Positions 1 to 8,412 of a stretch of 64,000 nt of DNA are shown piece by piece. The notes beneath the pieces are model-generated. The model had not been told where the DNA came from. It made no database searches and was given only the letters and a program-made list of their open reading frames with translations. The DNA is from Burkholderiales bacterium (GTDB lineage: Bacteria > Pseudomonadota > Gammaproteobacteria > Burkholderiales > SG8-41). The first letter of the stretch is position 1. Each line of letters opens with the position of its first letter. Location: the NCBI GenBank assembly GCA_019744975.1, contig JAIETP010000020.1, forward strand, positions 83,307 through 147,306, read 5' to 3'. The position numbers were made by a program, and so were the translations under genes.

Positions 1-231
1 GCTGAACTGGCCGGGGCGGATGTGATTGCCACCGAATGTCCGACCTGCCATTCGGGGCTTGAAATGCACCAGGTGCGTGCCGAGAAAGTGCTGGGCAAAA
101 AAACGCACGTCAAGATGATGTATTTCACGCAATTACTCGGCGTCGCGCTTGGCGTGTCGCCACGCAAACTGAGCGTGCATGAGAATGCCTCGGATCCGCT
201 GGAGCTGCTGAAGAGCAGGGGATTTGCGTGA
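1..231 (+). CDS. hdrB: Heterodisulfide reductase-like subunit B (sHdrB2), C-terminal fragment, 5'-truncated by window edge
   Basis: Frame 1 is open from base 1: AELAGADVIATECPTCHSGLEMHQ...MMYFTQLLGVALG, a CCG-domain CPxC motif and the typical HdrB tail; lies upstream of an LbpA-like gene. Confidence 0.8.
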   Translation, partial: AELAGADVIATECPTCHSGLEMHQVRAEKVLGKKTHVKMMYFTQLLGVALGVSPRKLSVHENASDPLELLKSRGFA

Positions 232-653
232 TGACATTGGCCGGAATCGAGGCGGATATCGACGCCTGCAACGGTGAAGCGGCTGATGCGGCACGTCTGC
301 TGGCGCTTTCCGAGCAGGTGCTGGAGCAGTGGATCATCGCTCGTGGCGATACCCCCACCCATGAAACCCGCGAAGGATTCCGGCTGCTGGCCCTGCACCG
401 GCAAGGTGCACGGGATCTGCCCAGTTTCAACGCCTGCCGGGAGACTTGCCGGGAGATCGCGTATCATTATAATTTGATGGAGGTTTCACGCGACGCCGCG
501 CTGAGCGCAGTGGCCAATGTACGCAATGCACGCATGATGGCGCTGGTCGCCAAACATCTGCTGTTGTTCGTCAGCGGCAAGATGCAGTCGGAAAAACTGG
601 GGGAATTTTGTTGCGCTGCACGCCCGTTGCGTCAGGACGAAGTTACATCGTAA
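228..653 (+). CDS. Conserved shdr-cluster protein, probably sHdrI-like
   Basis: 141 aa; start overlaps the hdrB stop; FRLLALHRQG...SFNACRETCRE..YHYNL motif; position between hdrB2 and lbpA matches shdr clusters as I recall them. Confidence 0.6.
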   Translation: MMTLAGIEADIDACNGEAADAARLLALSEQVLEQWIIARGDTPTHETREGFRLLALHRQGARDLPSFNACRETCREIAYHYNLMEVSRDAALSAVANVRNARMMALVAKHLLLFVSGKMQSEKLGEFCCAARPLRQDEVTS

Positions 654-672
654 AAGTAAAAGGATATATGCC

Positions 673-1116
673 ATGCCAGCCGTACGCGGATGCCACCTTC
701 CGGAAGACCGTTTGTATGATGTTGAAAATCATATCTGGCTCAAAGAGATGGATGACGGCAACATCAAAATCGGCATGACGACCGTGGCCACCGCCATGGC
801 CGGACAACTGGTCGCTTTTACCCCGAAAAAAGCCGGCCGCTCGGTCGAGCCCGGCAAGACCTGTGCAACGGTGGAATCCGGCAAGTGGGTCGGCCCCGCA
901 AAATCAGCGGTAGGCGGGGAGGTGGCGGCAGTCAATGCGGAATTGGTCGAAAAACCGTCCATGGCCAACTCGGATCCTTACGAAGCCGGCTGGATGGTGA
1001 TACTCAAACCCAAGGATTGGGCGGCGGTGAAACCGACGCTGACACCAGGCACGGAAGTGGGGCCCAAATACGAAGCGAAAATGACAGCAGATGGATTTGC
1101 CGGATGCGCGCCCTGA
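673..1116 (+). CDS. lbpA: Lipoate-binding protein LbpA (GcvH-like) of the sHdr sulfur-oxidation system
   Basis: GcvH fold with lipoyl-lysine motif VESGKWVG; AAGGA RBS; next to hdrB with no gcvT/gcvP nearby. Confidence 0.85.
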   Translation: MPAVRGCHLPEDRLYDVENHIWLKEMDDGNIKIGMTTVATAMAGQLVAFTPKKAGRSVEPGKTCATVESGKWVGPAKSAVGGEVAAVNAELVEKPSMANSDPYEAGWMVILKPKDWAAVKPTLTPGTEVGPKYEAKMTADGFAGCAP

Positions 1117-1145
1117 ACAAAAAAATAAATGAAAATGTCGTGAAC

Positions 1146-1526
1146 ATGAAAATGAGTGCATCAGAAAAAATGCCCCCGACGGATTTGGACCTGTCCAAAA
1201 TCCGTGCCAATGCACTGCGTGCCGCCAATTTGCTCAAATCCATGGGTAATCCCGCGCGGCTGATGGTGTTGTGTCAGTTGACCACGGGGGAAAAATCGGT
1301 CGGTGAGCTGGAGTGTGCCGTGCCCATGAGTCAGTCCGCACTGTCCCAGCATTTGGCGCTGCTGCGCATGCGCAAGCTGGTCAAGACCAGGCGCTCCGGA
1401 CAATCCGTCTACTATTCCCTCTCCGGCGTCGAAGCCTCGTCGATACTGGCGACATTGTATGAGCTGTTCTGCGCCAAGCCTGCTGCTGCGCCGCAGCGCC
1501 GCAAGACTGCAGGCCAGGCTGCCTGA
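1146..1526 (+). CDS. ArsR/SmtB-family repressor of BigR/SqrR/SoxR (persulfide-sensing) type
   Basis: LLKSMGNPARLMVLCQL...SQSALSQHLALLR HTH; Cys in helix 2 (VLCQL) and near C-terminus (YELFC); start uncertain (1146, 1152 or 1170), not 885. Confidence 0.8.
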   Translation: MKMSASEKMPPTDLDLSKIRANALRAANLLKSMGNPARLMVLCQLTTGEKSVGELECAVPMSQSALSQHLALLRMRKLVKTRRSGQSVYYSLSGVEASSILATLYELFCAKPAAAPQRRKTAGQAA

Positions 1527-1557
1527 TACGGTTTGCAATCACGAAAACCTGCGCAAA

Positions 1558-1920
1558 TCAGCTTGCAGGCTTGGGCACCGGCGTGGACAGACAGCCCATC
1601 AGACGTTCCATACGTACACGATGCAGAACCAGCCATGCCTGCTCAATGCGCGCCTCCTGCTCCGCGTTGTCCGCACCGGCTGCATAGCAGTACATCGCAT
1701 CTGCCAGCATTTCAAGAGGCTCACGAATTTCATGCGTACGCAGATTGCCCGCAGTCCAGCCGAGCCCGAACGCCGCTTTCCTGAACGCGATTGCATCCGC
1801 TGCGTCCCGGGCCAGGTCGCGCATTTTGGCGAGTCTGGCAATATCCTCACGCAGGAGATGGGTCTGGAAATAGCTTTGTTCCGTTTCCAGTTTTCGCTCA
1901 AGTTCCTTGATCAGGCGCAT
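1558..1920 (-). CDS. Hypothetical protein, 120 aa, predicted helical
   Basis: ATG with GGAG RBS; fills the gap between arsR and aurF without overlap; no family recognised. Confidence 0.65.
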   Translation of the reverse strand: MRLIKELERKLETEQSYFQTHLLREDIARLAKMRDLARDAADAIAFRKAAFGLGWTAGNLRTHEIREPLEMLADAMYCYAAGADNAEQEARIEQAWLVLHRVRMERLMGCLSTPVPKPAS

Positions 1921-1989
1921 GGTGATGCTCCGCAGTGGCGTAGCCGGATTTTACCTTTGCTTTCATGAGTCTGATACTGCGGTGATCAT

Positions 1990-2841
1990 ATGCCCGATTC
2001 CAGCCATCATCCGTTTTCTCCGACTCGCGGCGACTACCGCGATCCGCTGACGCTGATCGACTGGCCGCGACTGGAAGCGCCCGGTGCGTGGTTGCCGCAA
2101 TCGGCATTGTCGCTGCATGGTTTGCCCGAATTCGCCGCCGCCGGAGACGAGGTGAAGCGCAGACTTTCGCGCTACGAGTTCATCAACGTCATGTATTGCG
2201 GAATCTGGCTGGAGAGCATTTTTCTGCAGCGGGTATCGCGGTTGCTGCAACCGGACATGTCGCGCACGGAGAACGCTCATCTGCTGCAGGAGTTGCGCGA
2301 GGAAACAGGACACAGCCTGATGTTTTTGCGCGCGATTGATGCGGCAGGGGTCGAGTTGCCGCAGGGCAGTTGGCGGGCGCCGCGCGCCGCCGCGATACTC
2401 GGGCGTTATGCTCCGGCGGGCAGTGCGGTTTTCTGGCTGGCGATGCTGATTGGCGAAAACGTGTCGGACAGTTTGAACCGCGACCTCTGCGAGTCTGCTG
2501 TTGACGTGAATCCCGCAGTCAGGCAAATCTGCATGCTGCATGTTGCAGACGAGGCGAGGCATATCAGTCACGCACGCGTCATGCTCGCCGCGGCGCTGTC
2601 TTCCAGTGGCGCAGCACGGCGCGCTTTATTGTCGAGCGCAGCACGTGTGCTGCTGTGGCAGATGGCATCAGTGTTTTACTATCCGCCGGCCGATTTCTAT
2701 GCGCTGGCCGGACTTCCCCGCGAAACCGACTGGCGGGCATCGGCGCTGCGCAATCCGGCGCGCCGGCGATTTGTTGCGCAACAACTGGTGCCGACGGTGC
2801 AATTACTGCAGTCATTCGGTCTCAATGTCAGGGAAAGTTGA
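1990..2841 (+). CDS. AurF/CmlI-like ferritin-fold diiron oxygenase
   Basis: Two ExxH motifs (EETGH, DEARH) plus upstream Glu residues (WLES, IGEN) in AurF-like spacing. Confidence 0.75.
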   Translation: MPDSSHHPFSPTRGDYRDPLTLIDWPRLEAPGAWLPQSALSLHGLPEFAAAGDEVKRRLSRYEFINVMYCGIWLESIFLQRVSRLLQPDMSRTENAHLLQELREETGHSLMFLRAIDAAGVELPQGSWRAPRAAAILGRYAPAGSAVFWLAMLIGENVSDSLNRDLCESAVDVNPAVRQICMLHVADEARHISHARVMLAAALSSSGAARRALLSSAARVLLWQMASVFYYPPADFYALAGLPRETDWRASALRNPARRRFVAQQLVPTVQLLQSFGLNVRES

Positions 2842-2845
2842 ATTT

Positions 2846-2867
2846 ATCAATAAAAACAAATAGTTAT
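2846..2867 (+). repeat. Dispersed AT-rich IHF-like motif, copy 1 (ATCAATAAAAACAAATAGTTAT)
   Basis: 21/22 identical to copy at 19140; in spacer between convergent genes; one mismatch to WATCAANNNNTTR. Confidence 0.75.
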
Positions 2868-2873
2868 AGATAT

Positions 2874-3767
2874 TTAGCTCAATGCATCATTGAGAATTGC
2901 CTCGGTGTCGTAGCGGCTTTGCCAGCCCAGAGTGGTGGTCGTATGCCGGCAATCCAGAGTGAGTGTGTTGGCCAGCCCGTCCAGCCATGCCGGCTCGCCG
3001 CCCCAGCCCGTTACCCGCCACAGGGCGTGCAGTCCGGCGCGTGCCAGACGCGGTGGCAGGGGCAGCGCGAAGCGGTGGCGACGCTGGATGAATTCGCAAT
3101 AACTGAAACTGTCCCCGGCCGCGAGATTGAACGGCCCATGCACGTCATGCCTGATGGCCAACAGCACCGCGCGCGCCACGTCATCCTCGTGCACGCATTG
3201 TAATCGCGCGTATGGCCGCGGCAACGCCGGGTACACAGGCAGATTGAGCAATCGCAGCAACAATGGTTGGGCATTCCTGCCGAGAATCACATGCGGGCGC
3301 AGCCTCACACATCCGGGAATATCCGCTTCCAGCAGGCGTTCAAGCTCTGCCTTGTGCGCGCCATACCGAAAACCGTCCAACGGTGCGTATGGCATTTCCT
3401 CGGATACGTTTTCCCCTCTGCCATACACGGCGGCGCTCGATAAATGCACCAGCCGTTTTATGCCTGCATCGCATGCGGCCTGAAACAACCGGTAGCTGCC
3501 GCGGACGTTGATATCCGCCATCTCCGCCTCAGGCATGCGACCGCGCAGCACCACATAAGCAAGGTGTACGAGCGCATCATGTCCGGGAAGCATATCCGTC
3601 AGTCGCGGTTCGCGGATATCGCAGATTGTCGCCTTGAATTTTTCATGTGAAAAGTGCGGCGGCGCAATGTCCACGCCGGTGACGCGGCTGATGGAGTCTT
3701 CTGCGCACAACAACGGCAGCAATACCCGCGCCAGACGGGAGCTGGAACCGGTGACAAGCACGTTCAC
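2874..3767 (-). CDS. NAD-dependent epimerase/dehydratase (extended SDR)
   Basis: VLVTGSSSRLA (degenerate Rossmann motif), HLSSAAVYG, catalytic YGAHK; GTG at 3767 lies 4 bp after the LLM stop. Confidence 0.8.
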   Translation of the reverse strand: MNVLVTGSSSRLARVLLPLLCAEDSISRVTGVDIAPPHFSHEKFKATICDIREPRLTDMLPGHDALVHLAYVVLRGRMPEAEMADINVRGSYRLFQAACDAGIKRLVHLSSAAVYGRGENVSEEMPYAPLDGFRYGAHKAELERLLEADIPGCVRLRPHVILGRNAQPLLLRLLNLPVYPALPRPYARLQCVHEDDVARAVLLAIRHDVHGPFNLAAGDSFSYCEFIQRRHRFALPLPPRLARAGLHALWRVTGWGGEPAWLDGLANTLTLDCRHTTTTLGWQSRYDTEAILNDALS

Positions 3768-3771
3768 GGCG

Positions 3772-4830
3772 TCAACCGCGTGTCGCAAATGCCGGCATCA
3801 CCTCGTGCGCGAACAAGGCCTGCGATTCGCGCGTGACCGCAGGATCGACCGCACCGGCGCCAAAAGCGCACAGCAGATGGGTGACGCCGGCATCGGCGTA
3901 TTTGCGCAGTTTGGAACGTACTTCTTCGGGATTTCCCACCACGGTCATGCCAAAAGTATCGGCTAGGTTGAAATTCGCGCCAAGTTTCAGCAGCGCCCGA
4001 AAGCGCCCGATTTCATGCAGATGTTCGTATCCGGGATACAGTTTTTCGAGTACGGGCAGCACCACCTTGTAGAGTTCCTGGTAAAACCAGGTAAAAGCCT
4101 CCCTGGCGATGCGATGCGCGCGCCGGCTGTCAGCCAGACACAGGACGCCGATGGTCATGCCGGCACGCGGTGCATCGGCGCTGCGCCACGCCGCCTGGTA
4201 GCGTTCGATATCGTGTTTCACCATGAACCAGGGTTTGAACGGTCCGGCAAGCACGCCCAGTCCGCGCGTTGCGGCCCACTCGAAAGTCTGAGGGCTGACA
4301 GCCGCCGTCCACAGCGGCGGATGCGGGCGCTGCACCACCTGCGGCACGACATCGAGTGCCTCAATGTGATAATGCCGCCCGCGATGATTGACCGGATTGC
4401 GTGTGAAGCTCTGCATCAGGATATCCAGGCTCTCGTCGGTGATCTCGCGGCTTGCCGCCATATCGACGCCAAATACTGCGCACTCGCGCGGTGAGAATCC
4501 CCGGCCAATGCCGATTTCCAGGCGTCCGCCGGAAAGTGCGTCCAGAGTGGCGACACGCTCGGCGACATGCACGGGGTGATGCAGAGGCAGTGGAATGATC
4601 GCATGCCCCAGCCGGATGTTGCTGGTTCGTGCCGCCGCCGCGGCCAGCAACAATTCAGGTTTTGAGGCGTGCGAATACCCGCGCAGAAAGTGATGTTCAG
4701 TAAACCAGGCACAGCCATAACCCAGCTGATCAGCGAGTTCGATTTGCGCCAGCAATTCGGCGTAGAGCCCGGCTTCGGAAAGGGGGAGCCAGGGCGGCAT
4801 TGCCGCCTCGTAAAACAGATCGAATCTCAT
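3772..4830 (-). CDS. LLM-class (luciferase-like) flavin-dependent oxidoreductase
   Basis: MRFDLFYE start, WFTEHHF, RVATLDALSGGRLEIGIGRG, RPHPPLWTAA; start revised to ATG 4830. Confidence 0.9.
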   Translation of the reverse strand: MRFDLFYEAAMPPWLPLSEAGLYAELLAQIELADQLGYGCAWFTEHHFLRGYSHASKPELLLAAAAARTSNIRLGHAIIPLPLHHPVHVAERVATLDALSGGRLEIGIGRGFSPRECAVFGVDMAASREITDESLDILMQSFTRNPVNHRGRHYHIEALDVVPQVVQRPHPPLWTAAVSPQTFEWAATRGLGVLAGPFKPWFMVKHDIERYQAAWRSADAPRAGMTIGVLCLADSRRAHRIAREAFTWFYQELYKVVLPVLEKLYPGYEHLHEIGRFRALLKLGANFNLADTFGMTVVGNPEEVRSKLRKYADAGVTHLLCAFGAGAVDPAVTRESQALFAHEVMPAFATRG

Positions 4831-4883
4831 GAGTTGCAGTGGTGATGGCGGTGGCAGTGGTGGTGAAAATGGAATGGCTTCAT
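4827..4883 (-). CDS. Putative 18-aa His/Cys-rich leader peptide MKPFHFHHHCHRHHHCNS
   Basis: Read manually; ATG 4883-4881, TGA 4829-4827 overlapping the LLM ATG (ATGA); weak GGA RBS 8 nt upstream; below the ORF-track size cutoff. Confidence 0.5.
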   Translation of the reverse strand: MKPFHFHHHCHRHHHCNS

Positions 4884-4910
4884 GATGCCAGTCCATGACC
4901 GCCTGATCCA

Positions 4911-4986
4911 GCGCTGACTACTTTCCCAAAAACATGACGGCTTCGCCAGAGGCATGTTTTGTCATTATTCATGAAACTTTCAATAA
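4911..4986 (-). repeat. Structured intergenic repeat, copy B (76 bp)
   Basis: Minus strand matches 37627-37704 at 57 of 66 core columns; starts immediately after the receiver-gene stop. Confidence 0.85.
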
Positions 4987-5421
4987 CTACACCGGCGGCG
5001 GCACGCCGAGCAGTGCGCGTACCTTGTCCATCAATTCACGCGTGGAAAAAGGCTTGGTCAGGTAGGCGTCGGCACCCAGCGCCATGCCGCGGGCGATCTC
5101 GGCTTCGCGGCCGCGGGCGGTGACCAGCATGATGCGGGTGCCACGCAATGCTGGATTTTCTCTGATCAGCCGGCATAACTCGAAACCATCAATCAGCGGC
5201 AACATTACGTCCAGGAGTGCCAGGTCGGGCGGCCGGGCCTGCAGCGCGCGCAGCGCCGCAGCGCCATCGCGGGCTGTGGTCACTGCGTAACCTTCCTTGG
5301 CGAGCAGGAATTCCAGCGACAGCAGGATGCTTTCCTCATCCTCGACGATCAGCACGCTGGTGACAGGGGCGCTTTTGGGTAAACCGTTTTTGGGTAAATC
5401 GTCTTTGGGTAAATTATTCAT
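4987..5421 (-). CDS. Stand-alone response regulator (receiver domain only)
   Basis: VLIVEDE, LLDVMLP (phospho-Asp), VTARG, YLTKPF; ATG 5421 overlaps the kinase TGA (ATGA). Confidence 0.9.
   Translation of the reverse strand: MNNLPKDDLPKNGLPKSAPVTSVLIVEDEESILLSLEFLLAKEGYAVTTARDGAAALRALQARPPDLALLDVMLPLIDGFELCRLIRENPALRGTRIMLVTARGREAEIARGMALGADAYLTKPFSTRELMDKVRALLGVPPPV
5374..5413. repeat. Three direct repeats of TTTGGGTAAA with 15-bp period (encode LPKxx x3)
   Basis: Units at 5374, 5389 and 5404 read directly from the sequence. Confidence 0.8.
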
Positions 5422-8168
5422 GCGGCGAGGAAACTGGTGCTGCTGCGTGGCAACGGCAGGGTGAAGGAGAACTTTGCGCCCAGGCCAGACGTGCTTTCCA
5501 CCCACAGCCGGCCGCCGAAGTGATGAATGATTTCGCGCGAAATCGCAAGGCCGAGGCCGCTGCCGCGCGGTTTTCCGGCCGCGGTGTCACTGACCTGGCG
5601 GAATTTTTCGAAAATGACCGCCTGGTCGGCGGGGCTGATGCCGATACCGTTGTCGGCAATGTCGATGCGCAGCGCCGCCTCCTCTTCCGACAGCGTAATG
5701 CTGACGCGGCTGTCGGGTTTGTCGCAGAAGTTGGCCGCGTTGGACAGCAGGTTCAGCGCGACCTGGGTGATGCGGTCGCGGTCGGCCATGACCAGGGGCG
5801 GGTGTTCCGGGATCCGCAGTTCGAGCGCAATGTTCCGTTCCTTGTAGATCTGGCTGAGCGCGGCAACCGCGTCTTCCAATACTTCGCGCATGTCGACTTC
5901 GCTGGGATGCCAGTCGGCGGCGCCGGACTCGATCTTGGCCAGATCCAGCACCTGGTTGATCAGTCTTGTCAGGCGTTCGGATTCGCGGGTGATGATGCCG
6001 AGGAATTTGCTGCGTTGTTGCGGATCAAGCTGGGGGTTGTCACTGAGAATTTCTGAGAACGCGCGGATCGAGGTCAGCGGTGTGCGCAGCTCGTGGGTCA
6101 CCGTCGAGATGAAATCGTCCTTCAGCCGGTCGAGTTCCTGCAGCCGCTGGTTGGCGCCGCGCAGTTCATTGGTGGCGGCTTCGAGTTCGCGTGATTTCTG
6201 TTCCAGCTGCCGGCTGTAGGCGAGCGCCTGCGAGGCCTCGTCGATGATGGCCATCACCTCATCAAGCGCCAGCGGTTCCTCGACCACGACCGAGGCCACC
6301 ATGTCGCGGGCGGATGCGCTGCCGATGGCACCGGCGATCTGCGACTCGACATAGTGCACCAGCACGGCATTGGCGGAGACCTGCTCGATGCCGGGGATAC
6401 CCTGGCTGCGGGCGTAGGCGGCGAAGGCTTCGTTGGCGCGTTCCGGGCCGATAAAGCGACCGAGCAGCGTCTGCAGGTCGGCGACGGTGGCGCTGCCGCG
6501 CCAGAAGCGTGAGCCGCTGCCGGGGGTGATATGACGGAACACGTCGACAAACAGGTTGGCCTGGCTGTGTTCGGCGGCCGTGGGCCGGCGCCACAGGGAG
6601 AAATCGACGTAACAGCCGACATTGGCAATCATGCTCCAGAACAGGCAATGACTGATGTCATCAAGGCCTTCGAGCCCGAACAGTTGCTGCGGTTTGAGCA
6701 AGTCAAAACCCAGGATGCCTTCAGTGAGGAAGGTAATCGGCAGCCAGCCCGATTTGGCGAAGGAGGGCAGCAGCAGCGAATACAGCCAGACCAGGAAACC
6801 CGCGCTGAGTCCGCAAAGGGCGCCCAGCCGGGTGCCGCCTTTCCAGAACAGGCCGCCGATCATTGCCGGTGCGAACTGGGCGACGGCGGTGAATGAAATC
6901 AGGCCGATCGACACCAGTGCGTAGGCTTCTCCGGCAAGGTAGAAGTAACCGTAGCCCAGCACCAGCACCAGGACAATCGCGCTGCGGCGGATGCCCAGAA
7001 GCAGGCCGGAGAGATCGCGACTTTCGGTCAGCCGCAGGAATTTCCAACGGAGCAGGATCGGCATCACCAGGTCGTTGCAGACCATGGTCGACAGCGCGAT
7101 GGTTTCGACGATGACCATGCCGGTCGCCGCCGACAGGCCGCCGACAAAGGCCAGCAGTGCCAGCCAGGTTTTCTGCTCCGACATCGGCAGCGTCAGCACA
7201 AAGGTATCGGCATCAACGGTGCCGGCCGGGAAGTGCATCAGTCCGCCGAGCGCGATCGGCAGCACAAAAATATTGATCGCGAACAGGTACAGCGGAAACA
7301 GCCAGATCGCCTTGTTCAGGTGGCGCTCGTTGACGTTTTCGACGACAGAAACCTGGAATTGGCGTGGCAGCAGGATGATCGCCAGCATCGACAGCACTGT
7401 CAGCGACGCCCATGTTGTGTAGTTGCCGGCGGCGCCGCCCTGGACCAGCAATGCGTTCAATTCGGGTACTGCCGCGGCCTTGGCGAACACGTCGGCAAAA
7501 CCGTCGAACATGCCCCAGGTCACGAACACGCCAACGGCGATGAAGGCGACCAGTTTGACGATGGATTCAAAAGCAATGACGGCGACCAGGCCTTCGTGGC
7601 GCTCAGTGGCATCGAGGTGCCGGGTGCCGAACAGAATGGTGAACGCCGCCAGCAACATCGCAATGTAAAAGGTGTTGTCCTGGAGGAAAGGCAGCGAGGC
7701 GGTGGAGGCAATGACGTTCGGGTACTGCAGCATGGTCGAAAAACTGGCCGAGATCGCTTTCAGCTGCAAGGCGATGTAGGGCACGATGCCCAGTACGGCA
7801 ATGATGGTGACCAGACCGCCCAGCAGATGGCTTTTGCCGTATCGCGAGGCGATGAAGTCGGCAATGGAGGTGATACGGTGTGCCTTGCTGATGCGGATCA
7901 TTTTCAGCAGCACGTACCACCATAACGCGGCCATCAGCGTTGGTCCGAGGTAGATCGGTAGAAAGCCGATGCCGCTGGTCGCCGCGCGGCCGACGCTGCC
8001 GTAGAAGGTCCAGGACGTGCAATACACCGCCAGCGACAGCGTGTAGATGTACGGATTGGCGATGATGCTGCGCCCGGCATCGGCACGTTTGTCGCCGTAA
8101 TAGGCGATGGCGAACAGCAGGCCGACGTAAGCGAAGGACAGAACAACGATCAGCGCACCGGAAAGCAT
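5418..8168 (-). CDS. CrbS/CbrA-like sensor kinase: SLC5 (Na+/solute symporter) domain + STAC + HisKA + HATPase
   Basis: About 500-aa multi-TM N-terminus (YTLSLAVYCTSWTFYGSVG), STAC-like IAGAIGSASAR, H-box VTHELRTPLTSI, G boxes DNGIG and GSGLGL. Confidence 0.9.
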   Translation of the reverse strand: MLSGALIVVLSFAYVGLLFAIAYYGDKRADAGRSIIANPYIYTLSLAVYCTSWTFYGSVGRAATSGIGFLPIYLGPTLMAALWWYVLLKMIRISKAHRITSIADFIASRYGKSHLLGGLVTIIAVLGIVPYIALQLKAISASFSTMLQYPNVIASTASLPFLQDNTFYIAMLLAAFTILFGTRHLDATERHEGLVAVIAFESIVKLVAFIAVGVFVTWGMFDGFADVFAKAAAVPELNALLVQGGAAGNYTTWASLTVLSMLAIILLPRQFQVSVVENVNERHLNKAIWLFPLYLFAINIFVLPIALGGLMHFPAGTVDADTFVLTLPMSEQKTWLALLAFVGGLSAATGMVIVETIALSTMVCNDLVMPILLRWKFLRLTESRDLSGLLLGIRRSAIVLVLVLGYGYFYLAGEAYALVSIGLISFTAVAQFAPAMIGGLFWKGGTRLGALCGLSAGFLVWLYSLLLPSFAKSGWLPITFLTEGILGFDLLKPQQLFGLEGLDDISHCLFWSMIANVGCYVDFSLWRRPTAAEHSQANLFVDVFRHITPGSGSRFWRGSATVADLQTLLGRFIGPERANEAFAAYARSQGIPGIEQVSANAVLVHYVESQIAGAIGSASARDMVASVVVEEPLALDEVMAIIDEASQALAYSRQLEQKSRELEAATNELRGANQRLQELDRLKDDFISTVTHELRTPLTSIRAFSEILSDNPQLDPQQRSKFLGIITRESERLTRLINQVLDLAKIESGAADWHPSEVDMREVLEDAVAALSQIYKERNIALELRIPEHPPLVMADRDRITQVALNLLSNAANFCDKPDSRVSITLSEEEAALRIDIADNGIGISPADQAVIFEKFRQVSDTAAGKPRGSGLGLAISREIIHHFGGRLWVESTSGLGAKFSFTLPLPRSSTSFLAA

Positions 8169-8172
8169 GATC

Positions 8173-8373
8173 CTAACGATCCTTGCGTTCGATGATCAGG
8201 GCCATCAAGGCGATGATGGCCATCCACGCGGCAAACACGTAGATATAAATCAGCGGTATTCCCCAGATGCGTGTGTTGCCGGTAAACAGTGCCAGCAGCG
8301 GAAAGTTGAACAGCAGGCAGCCGAGCAGGAACAACGCCACCAGGCGTTGTCCTTTGAGGGTGGGGCCGGTCAC
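8173..8373 (-). CDS. Small two-TM membrane protein of the kind found before SLC5 kinases/transporters
   Basis: 66 aa, two hydrophobic stretches, IWGIPLIYIYVFAAW motif; 4 bp upstream of the kinase. Confidence 0.8.
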   Translation of the reverse strand: MTGPTLKGQRLVALFLLGCLLFNFPLLALFTGNTRIWGIPLIYIYVFAAWMAIIALMALIIERKDR

Positions 8374-8412
8374 GATGTGTCAGTGCGGGCGGCGGTCGTC
8401 CGTACGGGCGGC

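Noticed and set aside
885-1145. N-terminal extension of the ArsR ORF to 885
   Set aside because: Overlaps lbpA in another frame; the ArsR domain starts after 1146
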